DNA of 64,000 nucleotides from Flaccisagitta enflata (Eukaryota): NCBI GenBank assembly GCA_965153355.1, contig OZ231126.1, positions 11,904,001 to 11,968,000 of the forward strand, read 5' to 3'. Shown piece by piece: positions 1 to 23,447 of this stretch (position 1 is its first letter; each line of letters starts with the position of its first letter). The notes under the pieces were generated by a model. It saw only the letters and a program-made list of their open reading frames with translations, ran no database searches and was not told where the DNA came from. The position numbers and the translations under genes were made by a program.

Positions 1-34
1 GCTAATGTGTAAAATTTTCTCTTTATCTTTCCAG

Positions 35-3000
35 AAAAATTGTCCGGGACAGACAGGCATACAGACACGAACCTTGGAGGCGGAAACTACTTCGACTTTG
101 AGGATTATGATAACTTTCGACTGTCTGACTCTGAGGCGACACTTTCACCCCCTATTAGTGGTACAGTAGTTCTCATCCAGACTTGAGATGATGGATGCTG
201 GCATGGCACGGAGATGGATGATGCCAGGGAGTCAAATTTGGAATATACATGAGATGTAAAAAGAAACAGTCGCCAAAGGGCAATAGTGGTCAGCGGTACC
301 CATTGCCCTGCAGGGCTAGCGACCAAGAAGGGTAACGGCCTCAAAGGGGACAAAGTCTTGCATAACACAGGGGGATTTTTGTTTGTCTTACCTGAGAAAG
401 TTGATGAGATGCTACAGCAAGCTCATTGAGGGCCTATGATAGCCTGAAGAGTTCCTCATAACTGATTCTGAGCCCAAGAATAGTAGCTAGGCTGAATTTA
501 AGCCAAAGAAGGTTGATTTGAGGCTGAAGGGGGCTGAATTAATGTCTGAGGGTGCTGAGTTGAGGATCAGATGGACTGATATAGGGCCTGATTTGAAGAC
601 ATATGTGTATGTCCGTGTTCTACAGGACTTTTTCCCCTTTGGGACAGCTACCCTAGAAGACACGGTATTCATCAACCTCGTCGGTTACAATGATGTCATA
701 TATCCGTATTTCACTCTAAACATTTTATTATGAACATACATTCTTCGGAAGCATTGATCAGCATCAGATACCATCTAGGAAAAAAGTTTAGCAACACTTA
801 TGGTTGACAGTATGTTTTGCCCCCTCATATTCACAAAACTTTTGTTTTTGATTGTTTTTGGTTATTTTTAGTCGCGTGCTACGCGACTCTACACCCCACT
901 TTGTCAGTCCGTCGGTCCGTCGGTCTGTCCGTTGGTCCGTCCGTCCGTCGCAATTTACTTTTTCGGCATTGATGGGGTTTTTGGCTATGGCGCTCCTGCC
1001 CAAATGCTCAACTGACCTCTAATATGGCCCCTGCCCACCCGCACGCGACTGGTGTAGCCGTGTATCCGGCCTTGTTGTAATTATACTAACTAGAACAAAA
1101 GAGAAAAACAATTTTTAATCCAATATAGGGACCGTGAGTTTGGTTTGTTTATCACGACCAATAGGTGGTTGCCGTAAAATCAATAAATTTTTGGTCATTT
1201 TGACTGCAAAATTCGGCTACTTCTCATTTCAAATCTGCCTTAAAATCCATGAGATCATTTAACTAGAGCTCAAGAGCTAACCAGCAGTGAAATCCGCATG
1301 TCTTCATCATTTTTTGGTAGAAATAAAAAGAATTTCAAAGATGGAAAGGTAGGAGTCCCATTTTTTGCCATTCTTCAAAGTATTTGATCAACTTCAAACT
1401 AATGGCATTTCCAAACGGTTTGATGCACAGCAAAGAGATTGCACTCAGATTGTAGATCTTTTGATGTAGATTAAAGTGCTCATGAATTTTCTACACCTAT
1501 CTAAATGAAAAGCTGAGATATCTCTCTTTAAAGGTGTTGCTAAACATATTTTCTAGATAGTATGTCTAATCTTTCACTTACATACATAGTTACATACCTA
1601 CATACATACATACATACATACATACATACATACATACATACATACATACATACATACATACATACATACAAACATACATACATACATACATACATACATG
1701 CATACATACATGGATACATACTTACATACATACATATATACATACATACATACATAATACGTACATACTAACAAATACAATGGTATATGTTCTGCTAGAA
1801 TGACGCTCATTGGGTCGTTGCTAAGGACCGTCAGAGATGAATATGTTGGCCATGTATTCGGCCTTATTCGTATTACTGCAAATGCATACAGTATGTTTCA
1901 ACTCTTTTGCAGCATTTTACGACGGCATGATTCCTGGAGTAATAGAGATGAATTAATTTTGAAAAAAGTCTTTGATAGGTAATAGTTTGGCATTTCATAG
2001 TAGTTGATTCCGGTGACTTTCTGGTAAAATCTAATCCTCTTAACATCTCATGATCTTAAAATTATGCAATGCAAAGTACTAAGCTATTTTGTTGTTATGG
2101 GAAAATTTTTTTTCTTCAAATTGATCTTATTTTGAAAGCATTTTGAGATTTTTATACCAGATAGGTTAAAAGTATAAGATATTTTGTTGTTGTTCATAAA
2201 ACGAGAGAAAAAAATTGTCCATGGATGTAGTTTGATGAAAAAAGGAGAGAAAAATGACCTTTTTGGGCAGCGGCCCCAAAGGGGACGAAGTCCTGTAGAA
2301 TACAGGGGGACTTTCGTTCATTCGTCCGTGTGTTTGTTTGTTCGTTTGTTTGTCCCCCCCGGCCCCCTCATCAGGCCCTTCAGGCCTCAAATCTGGCCTC
2401 TGAGACCTCAAATCTGGCCTCTCAGGCCTCAAATTCAGCCTCACAGGCTTCAAATCCAACCTCTCAGGCCTCAAACCTGGCCTCTCAGGCCTCAAATTAG
2501 GCTTCTCAGGCCTCAAATCCAGATTCTCAGGCCTCAAACCTGGCCTCTCTGGCCTCCAACTAGGCCTCTCAGGCCTCAAATTAGGCCTCTCAGGCCTCAA
2601 ATTAGGCCTCTCAGGCCTCAAATCAGCTATCAAAGCCTCAATTTATTGCTCTCAGTCCTCTGCCCTTTCAAGCCTTAATCCAGCTCTCTCAAGCCTCCAG
2701 TCAGCCTTCACAAGCTTCCAATTAGCATTCTCAAGCCCACATCAGCCTTCTTAGACCTCAGTATAGGCTCTTGGAGGCCTTCAGTCAGCCCTCTATACCA
2801 TCTCATCCACTTCTTCAGGCAGGACGAACGAAAGTCCCCCTGTGTTCTACAGGACTTGGTCCCCTTCGGAGCCGCTGCCCTGCTTCCCCTCACTCCAATT
2901 CACAATCACTCAAAGCAGGGCAACGGGTATAGCTGACCACATATTGCCTTTGGGCGACCTGTTTTTGCATTATTCGACACCAACCTCCTTAGGGTGTGAA

Positions 3001-6000
3001 AAGTATCAAACTTTAATAGAAAATACCTTAGAATTGTTTAGTATAAAGTGCCAAACAATTATCTTTTAGATATTTTTTACAAAATCAGGTTATCTCTATT
3101 ACTTATTGAGCTATGCCGTCATGTAATGTTGCAAACGAGTTGAAACATACTGTATTTGAACGTTTCTCGATCTCGATTCAAACATATTCATCTCATGATA
3201 GGCACTGATACTGGTTCAACCTGTAGCATGATCTCGATTCAAACACGTTCATCTCAAACATATTCATCTCATGACAGCTACTGATAATGGCATGACAGCT
3301 ACTGATATTGGATCATACTTATGGCCGCATGGCTCAGATCACTTTCATCGAGGAACCAAATTCAAGTTAGTGCCTGTCCGCGAGACAGTTCAATCTCCCT
3401 GGCGGTTGGCAACTACCGCTGAATACGAATTTCACGTTGCTGAGGCAAAAAAAGTCATTACCGAGTTATGGACTATTGCCATGTTAGAGGATGGAACAGT
3501 CAAAGGTATCCAAGAACAGAGTCGCTAGGTCATCAAGAACAAAATTTCAATATATGGTTTCTTACAAAAAGAACCCTTTCACATGATATGACAAGTGGAA
3601 CAATATCCCTCATTATACCCAGACTGAAAAATATGGAAGAGGGCCTTGTGAGCCCTCACTGACTAGTTACTACGCGCATCACTCCCAGTTTTCCATTAGC
3701 AAAACGAACTTAGCAAACATTCTTTCTGAGTCTAACCCAAAGCTCTAATGCTTACCAAAATAGACACGGTCAAATGATTGTTACCTGTGTTACCAAAGTT
3801 GAACAAATCACCCAAGCAGGGCTTGACAAAATTCTTAGCTGCCTACAAGCGAGATTTTCTTTCATGCCTTTGCTTACAAATTATACAAATGCATGATTAG
3901 GTTTTTAATGTTTGTATTTTATTGATTAAAACATTTTGATACTTTTTTAGTAATCTTGCTCACAAAAAAGCTAGCTGCCTACAACCAATGCTTGCGTGCT
4001 TGAGCACTTTGTCATACCCTGCACCCGAGGGCAACATTGTTAAGAAACCATACCCTTGAAGGATAGAATTGAGGTCAAGCTTAATGCGACCGCAGGACAT
4101 TCTGATCCAAGGTACTGAGTAGTATGACAAGTGGAACAATATCCCTCACTATACCCAAACTGAAAAATATGGAAGAGGGCCTTGTGAGCCCTCACTGACT
4201 AGTTACTAGGCGCGTCACTCCTATTTTTCCATTAGCAAAACTGACTTAGCAAACATTCTTTCTGAGTCTAACCCAAAGCTCTAATGCTTACCAAAATAGA
4301 CAAGGTAAAATGATTGTTACCTGTGTTTCCAAATTTAAACAAATCACCCGAGGGCAAAATTGTTAAGAAACCATACCCTTATTTACAATTTTGGTGTAAC
4401 CGTCATTTCTGGTTTGCGACGGTTGTTTCAGCTGCCCAAGTGTCCACGTCTTTGAGGCTATCTATCCATCCTTGAATTCTTATATAATGAGTAATACACG
4501 AATACTTGATTGGACGCGGTTGTCTTATGACAATAATGGTATGTTATCTCATGCTAGGTCAAGGATACGGATGGGAAGTCTCTCATATTCGCCTAACAAA
4601 TTGTTGTGCAAAAAAGCTTCTCATATGTACAAATGGATGGCGTGGCTGCGAAGCTAGTAAGGACCTCCTTGGTTATTGTTAGTCAGACTGGGCGGCCCTC
4701 GCACACGTTTTGGAGCAGATTGGCTGCCTACAGCAGAGATCGTCTTAGTGCATCGCTACAATCAGCTTTGCCACGCAAAATCCAGATAGATGTTTTACGC
4801 CCTTTTAAAGTATGATGTTAGCAAAGACGACCTAGACTGGAGGATAGATTTTAGATATCTCAATTTTGATTGATTTATAAAAAATTAGGATCTATGCTCA
4901 TTAAATATTGCTTTATTGAGTGAATATGTTTGCTTCTTTCAAACTTCAACTTGTGACTTGACTTTATCAGGATTTTATTTTTCAATGTTCTAACCCATTT
5001 CTCTAGGTTAGGCAAAAAAATTTTTCATGACTTTGAAAAAAAAAAATCAGTTCAGACTGTTTTCACAAGTTTAATGACTGTGTTATGCTTTGCTGGAATA
5101 TTGATTTATATAATCATTTTAAAAAAACAAACAAACAAACTGTAAAACTTATAAAAATACTTTGATTAAACTGATTATTTTTATTATTTAAGATTTTCTG
5201 ACTGATCTGATAAGATAGGTAAGAACGTTAGAAAATGAAAGCCTAATAAGGTCAAATCAAAAATTGATGTTTAAGAAAAGTAAACATATTCAATCAATAA
5301 AGCAATCTTTGATTACTATGATTAGTATAGATCTCAAATATTTTGTGAATAAAAACAAGGCCGGATAGACGACAATCCAGTTGCGGACGGTTGGGCAGGA
5401 GCAATAATGCGAAAATTGCTCGGAATTCAAAAAAATTTGTAACCTACCAACCGACCAACACAGCAAAGTGTAGAATTGCGTGTCCGTGATTAAAAATCAG
5501 GATACCAAAAATCTATCCTCCAGTGTAGGTCATCTTTGCTCCCATCGTACTGTATCATTTTTCTTAAAGTGATAACACTTGTTTTAAAGCTCGGTAACGC
5601 TCGTTATGGTCGTGTTCAAGTTGGAAAAAAATCTACTCTCTAACACACATCTTTGAGCGCTGTTTTCTTTCTTGAAATTTCATCACATTGGGCCAAATGA
5701 TATGATTGTCGTGCTTGAGGTTTTTAGTCGCGGACACCTGACTCTACACCTTGCCGTGTCGGTCGGTACGTCGGTATGTCGGTACGTCGGTACGTCGGTA
5801 CGTTACGAATTTTGTTTAATTCCGAGCGATTATTGCATTACGGTCCCTGCCCAATTGTCCGCGACTGTCTTGCCGTGTATCCGGCCTTGATCCAGCATGA
5901 TTTGTGTATCTGTGTCAGAGCGCGACCAATGTCAGTGACTCAGTGTTTGACGGCCCCACAAAAAAAATGACAAGAAAAACTTTGAAACTTTTTTTCCTCG

Positions 6001-8971
6001 GCAGCACCACTTGTCTGTGGGAATCAAAATTCGTCTCGCTGTCAAGAGTTAGGGACAAAAAACTTGTGTTATTACGGTTATCACGGAAGAGGAACGAGTG
6101 AGGACCCAGATGGAAGACTTAGTGTCAGTGACATGAAGTGCCCTCAATGCGGCTGTGGCAATGTCATAGGTCAGTTTGTGGGTGTGGGTGTGGATGTGGG
6201 TGTGGGTTTTTTCGCTTCTTGGGATATTACGCGCGATGTAAAACAAGGTCAATTAGGCCATTAGGTGCACCGGGTAGATTGTTTTAGCATCCACCCCACT
6301 GAAAGATATCCCAGTAGTAACAAATTTAGTGAATAACGCTATTAGACCACAGTTCAAAAGTCACTTCATAAATCACCGGCAAAATTCAAAAAAGTTTAAG
6401 CACAATGTTAATGTTTTTTTGTTTTTTTTTTTTGGGGGGGGGGGATAAATTACAACTCGGGCAGTCTAAAAAAGTTACTTACCGTATTTTTTCGACAAAG
6501 CGTCCAGGGCGCTTATAAAATTGATATATGACTTTGCTTTTTAGTTGCGGACACGCAACTCTATAAGAGGCTTTGTCCGTCCGTTGGTCGGTCGGTCGGT
6601 TGGTTGGTTGGTCCGTCACGCTCGAGTTGAAAAGTGGGAAAAACGCGCATTTCCGCCCCTGCCCACCCGTCCGCAACTGGTGGCCGTGTATCCGGCCTTG
6701 TTTCCCTCCAATTAGCGCCCCCTTTATATTGTAGATGAACTGTCATTCGGTCTATCTCTTTCATGAATGGGTATCAAAATGCTAAATTTGACTCAAAATA
6801 AAGATATTCATTGCATATATCTGTTTGAAAGTCTTTGAAAATGGCTTATTGCTGGTACCATTTCATCATTTTACTCAATATTTCTGTCCAAATCTATTCT
6901 GAAAAGTGTAACATCAAAAAAAAAGAGGGGGCGCTTTTTGGAGGGGGGCGTGCTAAATGGGAAAATACGGTAATGGAAATGCTAAACCGGCCTTTGTTTT
7001 CAATGTATTCTGATGAAATTTTAGCCATTCATTGCTGAAATCACATCCATCATTCACGATTTTTTTTTTTTTTTTTTTTTTTTTGCAAATTGTACAAGGT
7101 TATACTTTTGCAATTCTAATATTTTCTTAGTTTTCCGGTTACGACCCCAAACCAAGACAAAGTCCTGCAGAACACAGGGGAAATCTGTATGCCTGTTCAT
7201 ACGTCCATCCGCCCCCCCCCCTCATCTTCAAGGTTTCATCACCTTTGGGGCCCATTCGGACTAAAATCCTGCCTGAGAAGCCCAATACAAGCATACACAA
7301 TGGTCTAAACCACTGCTTCAGAGACCCAAATTCTGGTGACTGAGACTCTGATTCTGTGCCCCGAGGCCCGGTCATAGGCCTCCCAGATTCAGATTCTGGC
7401 TTCTCAGACCCAAACCCAAATCCATGTCCTGGCCTCCAATACCCAGATCCTGGCTTTTGATACCCAGATCTTGATCCGCAATATTCAGATCCTGATGCCT
7501 AATACCCAAATCATGGCCCCCATAGACCCAAGTCCTGACCTTTCAAACACACCCCAGCCAAAGAGACCCACATATTGGTCTTTCAGACCCTCATTTGTGT
7601 AAGTATCATATGTATCGGTATCATATGTACCTCCATCACACCCTGATCTGGGGGCTGAGAAAAAACCGAGATGAATCTGGCTTATTTCAATAGCTTGATT
7701 TACGTGAAAAGCATACTTCTAGTTAACCCAGTGAGACGAAATTTTAACTGAAGCTCTGCATAACCATCGGCTTTCTTCATGAAAAATTCATCTCACTGGG
7801 GCAACAAGAAGTATGCTTTTCATGTAATCTAAGCGATTGAGATTCATCCTGGGTTTTTCTGAGTCCTCAGATCATGGTGCACATGTAACAAACCACCCCC
7901 ATCCCCCCACAAACTCACAGGCAACTGCTTGAAATTGTGTAATTGCATAATTGGTGAATGTCGCTGAAGAAGAAATAAAATTGTCATGCCGATGGTTAGA
8001 ACACCTTCGAAATGTTTCATATTTTTCCAAAGCCCCAAATTCGGTACTGTTTTCGAATTCGGTGATGTCTTTTGTTTTACTTACTTTCTAAGCGGGTTTT
8101 TATTTGGGGTTAGGGGTAGGGTTAGGGTTAAGGTTGAGGTTGGGGGTGGTTTTAGGGTTAGGGTTAGGGTCAGAGCTAGCGTTAGGGCAAGGTGAGAGCT
8201 GTGTTAAATACATTTCAGCCCGAATCTACTCGAATTAAAGTTTCGCCCAAACGGGAAAACCTGATAAAAACAAAAGATCAGTATCGTCTTCGAAATTTTT
8301 TCCCTAAATTCTTTTTTTCAGATCCAGAGAAAGATTGTCGTTACGCGCCTGATGTCTGGACGAAATATCCTTGTTACAAAGGATATCGCTATGGCTGCAC
8401 CCGGAAAGGATGTTGGAAATCGTACAATCAGACATATGGATATGGAAATAGACCTTCCTATCTTAAAAAGCAAGGCGCTTACTATTGGGCAGAGAATGAC
8501 ATGAAACAATCCTGGGACTGGGTTTGGTGTAAAACCAACGACGATTGTCTCAAGTATTGGAAGTCTATAGAAAAGAGAGTGGATGGCGACATGCCCTGTG
8601 GTAGATACTTACATCAGACCAAATCGTTTAGCAGCGACTGTCGTTGGGGTCTTCGTTTCGGCTGCGAAAAGAACCAATGCTGGACCGTTTCTTACCCAGA
8701 GAGTTCGACCCAGGTGTTCGCCACTAAGTCGCAGAAAAATCCGCCGGATAATGTTGTCACTTGTTTTGAGGACACTGATTGCGACCCTGCTAGGTTCAAA
8801 AGATCGGTGATGTACGGAAATGAGCGTGATGGGATGCTGCGTGGTCAGAAATGGGGCCCGGAGCCGACTCATACTAATGCCATTACTTGGAACTACAAAG
8901 AGGACAAGCCTTATTTTCCAGGCGAAGACAAGTGCGTTCACACTGGAGGAGAACCAGATCGTTGCATGTAA
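35..8971 (+). CDS. 5'-truncated multi-exon gene for a Cys-rich modular protein (APT/aerolysin small-lobe-like + ShK-like + two YGC-x4-CW modules)
   Basis: Predicted exons 35-160 (least certain), 3338-3505, 4558-4656, 6005-6169, 8322-8971 (TAA). All introns are GT-AG and phase 1, and the spliced frame is open. The 3505/4558 junction yields WTIAMLEDGTVK|GQGYGW; exon 6005-6169 encodes CGNQNSSRC...LC...KCPQCGC. Confidence 0.72.
866..1076 (+). mobile_element. DINE-1/HINE-like (Helentron-associated) non-autonomous element; reference copy of the dominant family
   Basis: 5' hairpin agtcgcgtgctacgcgact, (GTCC/GTCG)n microsatellite, 3' subterminal cacgcgact, terminal stem-loop gccgtgtatccggc then cttgtt; T-rich target, no TSD. 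More than 25 related copies or fragments in the window. Confidence 0.75.
1577..1770. repeat. (TACA)n microsatellite
   Basis: Direct reading. Confidence 0.95.
2260..2966 (+). mobile_element. Second interspersed family with subterminal inverted repeats and an internal 21-bp minisatellite
   Basis: gggcagcggccccaaaggggacgaagtcctgtagaatacagggggac is inverted at ~2830-2880; ggcctctcaggcctcaaatct repeats at ~2373-2630. Related pieces at ~270-660, ~7140-7600 and ~11610-12000. Confidence 0.65.
3587..4380 (+). repeat. Local direct duplication (~255 bp) within an intron
   Basis: 3587-4056 minus the MITE matches 4123-4380 (tatgacaagtggaacaatatccctca...aagaaaccataccctt). Confidence 0.85.
3817..4021. mobile_element. 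205-bp hAT-like MITE
   Basis: TIR cagggcttgacaaa / tttgtcataccctg; 8-bp TSD cacccaag/cacccgag; the empty site is present in the duplicated segment at ~4345. Confidence 0.85.
4808..5552. mobile_element. Long-TIR MITE (TA target)
   Basis: Ends gcaaagacgacctagactggaggatagatttt / aaaatctatcctccagtgtaggtcatctttgc; second copy at 48384-48975. Confidence 0.75.
6539..6702 (+). mobile_element. HINE-like element (agttgcggacacgcaact subfamily)
   Basis: Same architecture as 866-1076; related copies at ~18910-19068, ~50533-50673 and ~51888-52066 on the - strand. Confidence 0.72.
8105..8190 (+). repeat. Interstitial TTAGGG-like tract
   Basis: Degenerate ggttagggttagggtt array inside a short inverted-repeat-bounded segment (~8050-8295). 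Confidence 0.7.
8322..8971 (+). CDS. Terminal exon encoding two Cys/aromatic-rich repeats
   Basis: Acceptor ttttttcag at 8320-8321 within ORF 8192..8971. Repeats CYKGYRYGCTRKGCW...WVWCKTNDDC and CRWGLRFGCEKNQCW...VVTCFEDTDC. Confidence 0.8.
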
Positions 8972-9633
8972 ATGGCAACACATCAAGCTCCTTTTTCATA
9001 ATTTTGTATCGGAGATTCCTTCCCATGTTTTAGTTTGTGTACATCGGTCTGAAACAAAACATGAAGACCTGAAAAAGCATCATATTTGGAATAATCCTTC
9101 TCCTAAACAAATCAAGCTACAATCATTTTCAAAATTTGCTTAAACTCCTCTAAATGGGACCAATCTGGGGTTAGCCTTTTTCAAAACGGATGCTTCTTTT
9201 TAGTTGTTCGTATGTTCATTACCAAGGGTAAGAAGGTACTCCGAACCATATTGGGTTTTGCTCACTTCCTGAGATGTCTAAAAAATCACTCATTAAGATA
9301 TCAGTGGGTGCAAACGACTGTGCACCCCACTTAAGAGAAATGGTTTATCAATCGTAAAAAAAGTAATTAGTCAACAAAATTATGTAGGATTAACCAATCA
9401 CTGTCCTTCAATATTTGGGCATTTTTCTTCTAATAATCATGTCAATAGATTTGTCGATTGTTAGTAAAATCATTAAATTGATAAATACCTGTATTCGACT
9501 GTGACTTTTTTTATACTTTTTTGATACATTTTGCCCAATTTTGGTCGATAAAAGCTTCGCAATGAGTGCCAAAAGAGTGCATCATTTCTTGATTTGATTA
9601 ATTGCTTAAATGGTGCCAGTTTGATTAATAATA

Positions 9634-10036
<403 letters not shown>

Positions 10037-10640
10037 ATAATGATCGTATTTCATATTAAGGGCAAACACCCTCCACCTTTACACGCTTCCCTAGATAGTC
10101 TTTACACTGAAGTTGCCCTTAAGATATTTCCACATTCCGGGCAAGGTTTCTTCATCCCTTCATAGGCTCACCACCCACGCATTTCTTCCTGTGATTCTTA
10201 GATGCGTCTGTCAGGAACGCATCTCTATAAGAGGGTCTGTCCGTTGGTCGGTCGGTCCGTGTGTCCATCCGTCCGTCCGTCCCTCCCTCCCTCCGTCGGT
10301 CTGTCCGTAACGCCTGTGCGAAAACCGCGTTTCCCGGCTGATTTTGGCCACAGTGAGATCCTGTACTGAATCTAATGATCAACAAACTAGTTTTGAGAGC
10401 CACCTTCACTAATATGTCGTTTCATCTGTCTGTTCGTCCATCTGTAACTCCACACACATGTACATGTCACATATTTAGCGACTAAGTCAATACACCCAGA
10501 GACACAGTCCGGACGAAACGTTGCTCGGCCGGGCTAATTAGGATTCACCTCGTGACCTGCCATAACTAAATTTCCTGTTCTGAGCTGAGCCCTCATGCGT
10601 TCTTCTATGCACTCCGCCTTCGATTTGCAAACCTTATTGT

Positions 10641-10865
10641 TTATCTGGAATTCCATCCTTTCGTCTTCCGCCGTTCCGTTGTGTTTGGCTTTGGGCAGCA
10701 GTCTGGACGAGGCGCATGACCTGGGCTCCTACAAAAGAAAAGGAAAATTTTGCCTTTACCTCAATTCCCTCCTTTGAGGTAATGTAGTCCAAATTATAGC
10801 CTTGAAGCCCATTTTCAGCCCAAAGGCTCAAATTGTAGCTCAAGCTCCTAAGACATTTCTCTCTG

Positions 10866-10922
<57 letters not shown>

Positions 10923-11544
10923 TTATCTGTCTGTCTGTCTGTCTCTGTCTCAGCCATGATTCCTAAAACCCAATCCTGTTGATTCCGAAAACCCAATCAT
11001 GTAGTCTCAAATCCCAAATACCAGCCAAGAGTCTCAAATCCTTACATCATGGTACAAATCTCGGCCTGGGAATTAAGATCCTCAGACGTCAGCTATTTGG
11101 CTTTGATAGAATCCCAAAAAAGCAATTATCCCAATCTAAAAGGCAAAACGAAACTACACAAGTTTGCTGCCCCACTCATCATCGCAACACCACACAAGCT
11201 TACTTTGGGGTATCGGTGACCAACTGACCATCTAACGCTACCTCAGCAATTACGTTCTTTGCATCATTATCCCTGGCCAACGGAACAGGATTGATTTTGC
11301 CTTCTTTAATGAAGCCATTATCAAGTTCTTTCGGGTGGAAAGGAGAAGTAAGGAGGCTTATCAAACAGTTTGACAGGGGTAGTGATGCAAAAAAAAAAAG
11401 CCCATAAATGCCATAAAAAAGTAGTGTTAGAAACCAACCAACTGACTGACCGATCAACCGGCAGCGAACTATCATGCGACTAAAATCCTCCTATAATCAT
11501 GGCAACAAAAGAATCAACCTCGTCTCATTACCATAATCTGGCAT
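10641..11544 (-). CDS. Possible small spliced ORF (~75 aa), unknown function
   Basis: Phase-compatible candidate exons 11532-11544, 11204-11327 (donor gtaagc) and 10641-10728 (acceptor ttttcttttgtag) give MPDYELDNGFIKEGKINPVPLARD...TPKSPGHAPRPDCC...NSR*. No recognisable homology. Confidence 0.25.
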
Positions 11545-12639
11545 TTTCTAACAACTTAAGCTGGGTCTTTGCCTGATAAAAGAATTCTCACGCGAGTATT
11601 CATATGATTTTTGGGCAACGGTTCCATAGGGGCCGATGACCTTTGCCTTCAATTCTCTCCTCCTCCTTCTTTTTCTTCCCTCCTCCCCCCCCCCATGTTG
11701 ACTTTAAAGCCAAAATTTCTGTCTCAAAGCTCAACGCCTAGCCTCAAAATCTTAAATACCAGCCTGGAAGCTCCAGAGCCAGCTTAGGTGCTTACATCCC
11801 TGGTTCAAGGCACTAATTATGGGCTCATGTCTTATCCTCGAGGCATGTGTCCCAGCTGTAGAGATCTTAAGACTTATCAGTCATGGGGGTAAATCACAGC
11901 CTGACATATGTCAGCAGTTCCTCTCACCACCACAAACTTTAACTTGCCTTTTAAATCAGGGGCAATGGGTTCTGCTCAGCATCTGACTCTTTTGCAACCA
12001 TTTCATGTTAGTCTGCCTTTAATATTTTTATCAAATTCGCCTAGGTTTGCAAGGTTGTGAGGACAGAACGACCTTTACATTGAGTATAAAGTGACATTGC
12101 CCAATAGGAAAAAGAAGATTGGGCCAACACTTGCATGTTGCGTGCGAGTCTTGAAATGCCCCATCAGAGCCGTTAACCTGAACTTTCACATATGGTGAAA
12201 TTTCTCTTCTGCCTCCTCCTCCTCCTCCTCCTTCTTCTCCTATGTCCCCCTCCCCCCCCCCCACTTGAGGTCCAAATCTTAGCCTAGATGAGTAAGTTGT
12301 TGGGCTTGTTTTTTATCTCTATCCAACTTATATTAGTTAGGTAGGACTTGCTCTAAAGAGATTATCGTCCATTTCATAAACGCTCCCCACCCGCATGAAG
12401 ATCTGACCAAATTGCCCAATCACCCAACCAAGTTAGTATCTGCCACGTTATCAAAACCTGCCATTCTTAGAAAAGAAGTTCCTCTCAATCTAATGATCAC
12501 TACTAAGAATCACCGGAATGGATATCCATTTGCATTTGTAAGCTTCCGATAAATCTTTGCCAAGCTTCAATCATTGAATAACTTATTAGCACATTTGATT
12601 TTATTTTTTCTTCAAACCCAACTTTAAAAGCAAAACAAA

Positions 12640-23419
<10,780 letters not shown>

Positions 23420-23447
23420 TTCCTTGCTCAATGCTCAGTCATGTCCT

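Noticed and set aside
1913-1978. Candidate exon between cag and gtaata
   Set aside because: Open only as phase 2-2, incompatible with the flanking phase-1 exons.
2166-2678. ORFs with RPERPNL / RPQIWPL repeats
   Set aside because: Translations of a 21-bp minisatellite inside an interspersed repeat.
8105-8190. True telomere or chromosome fusion site
   Set aside because: Short, degenerate, intronic and embedded in a small inverted-repeat element.
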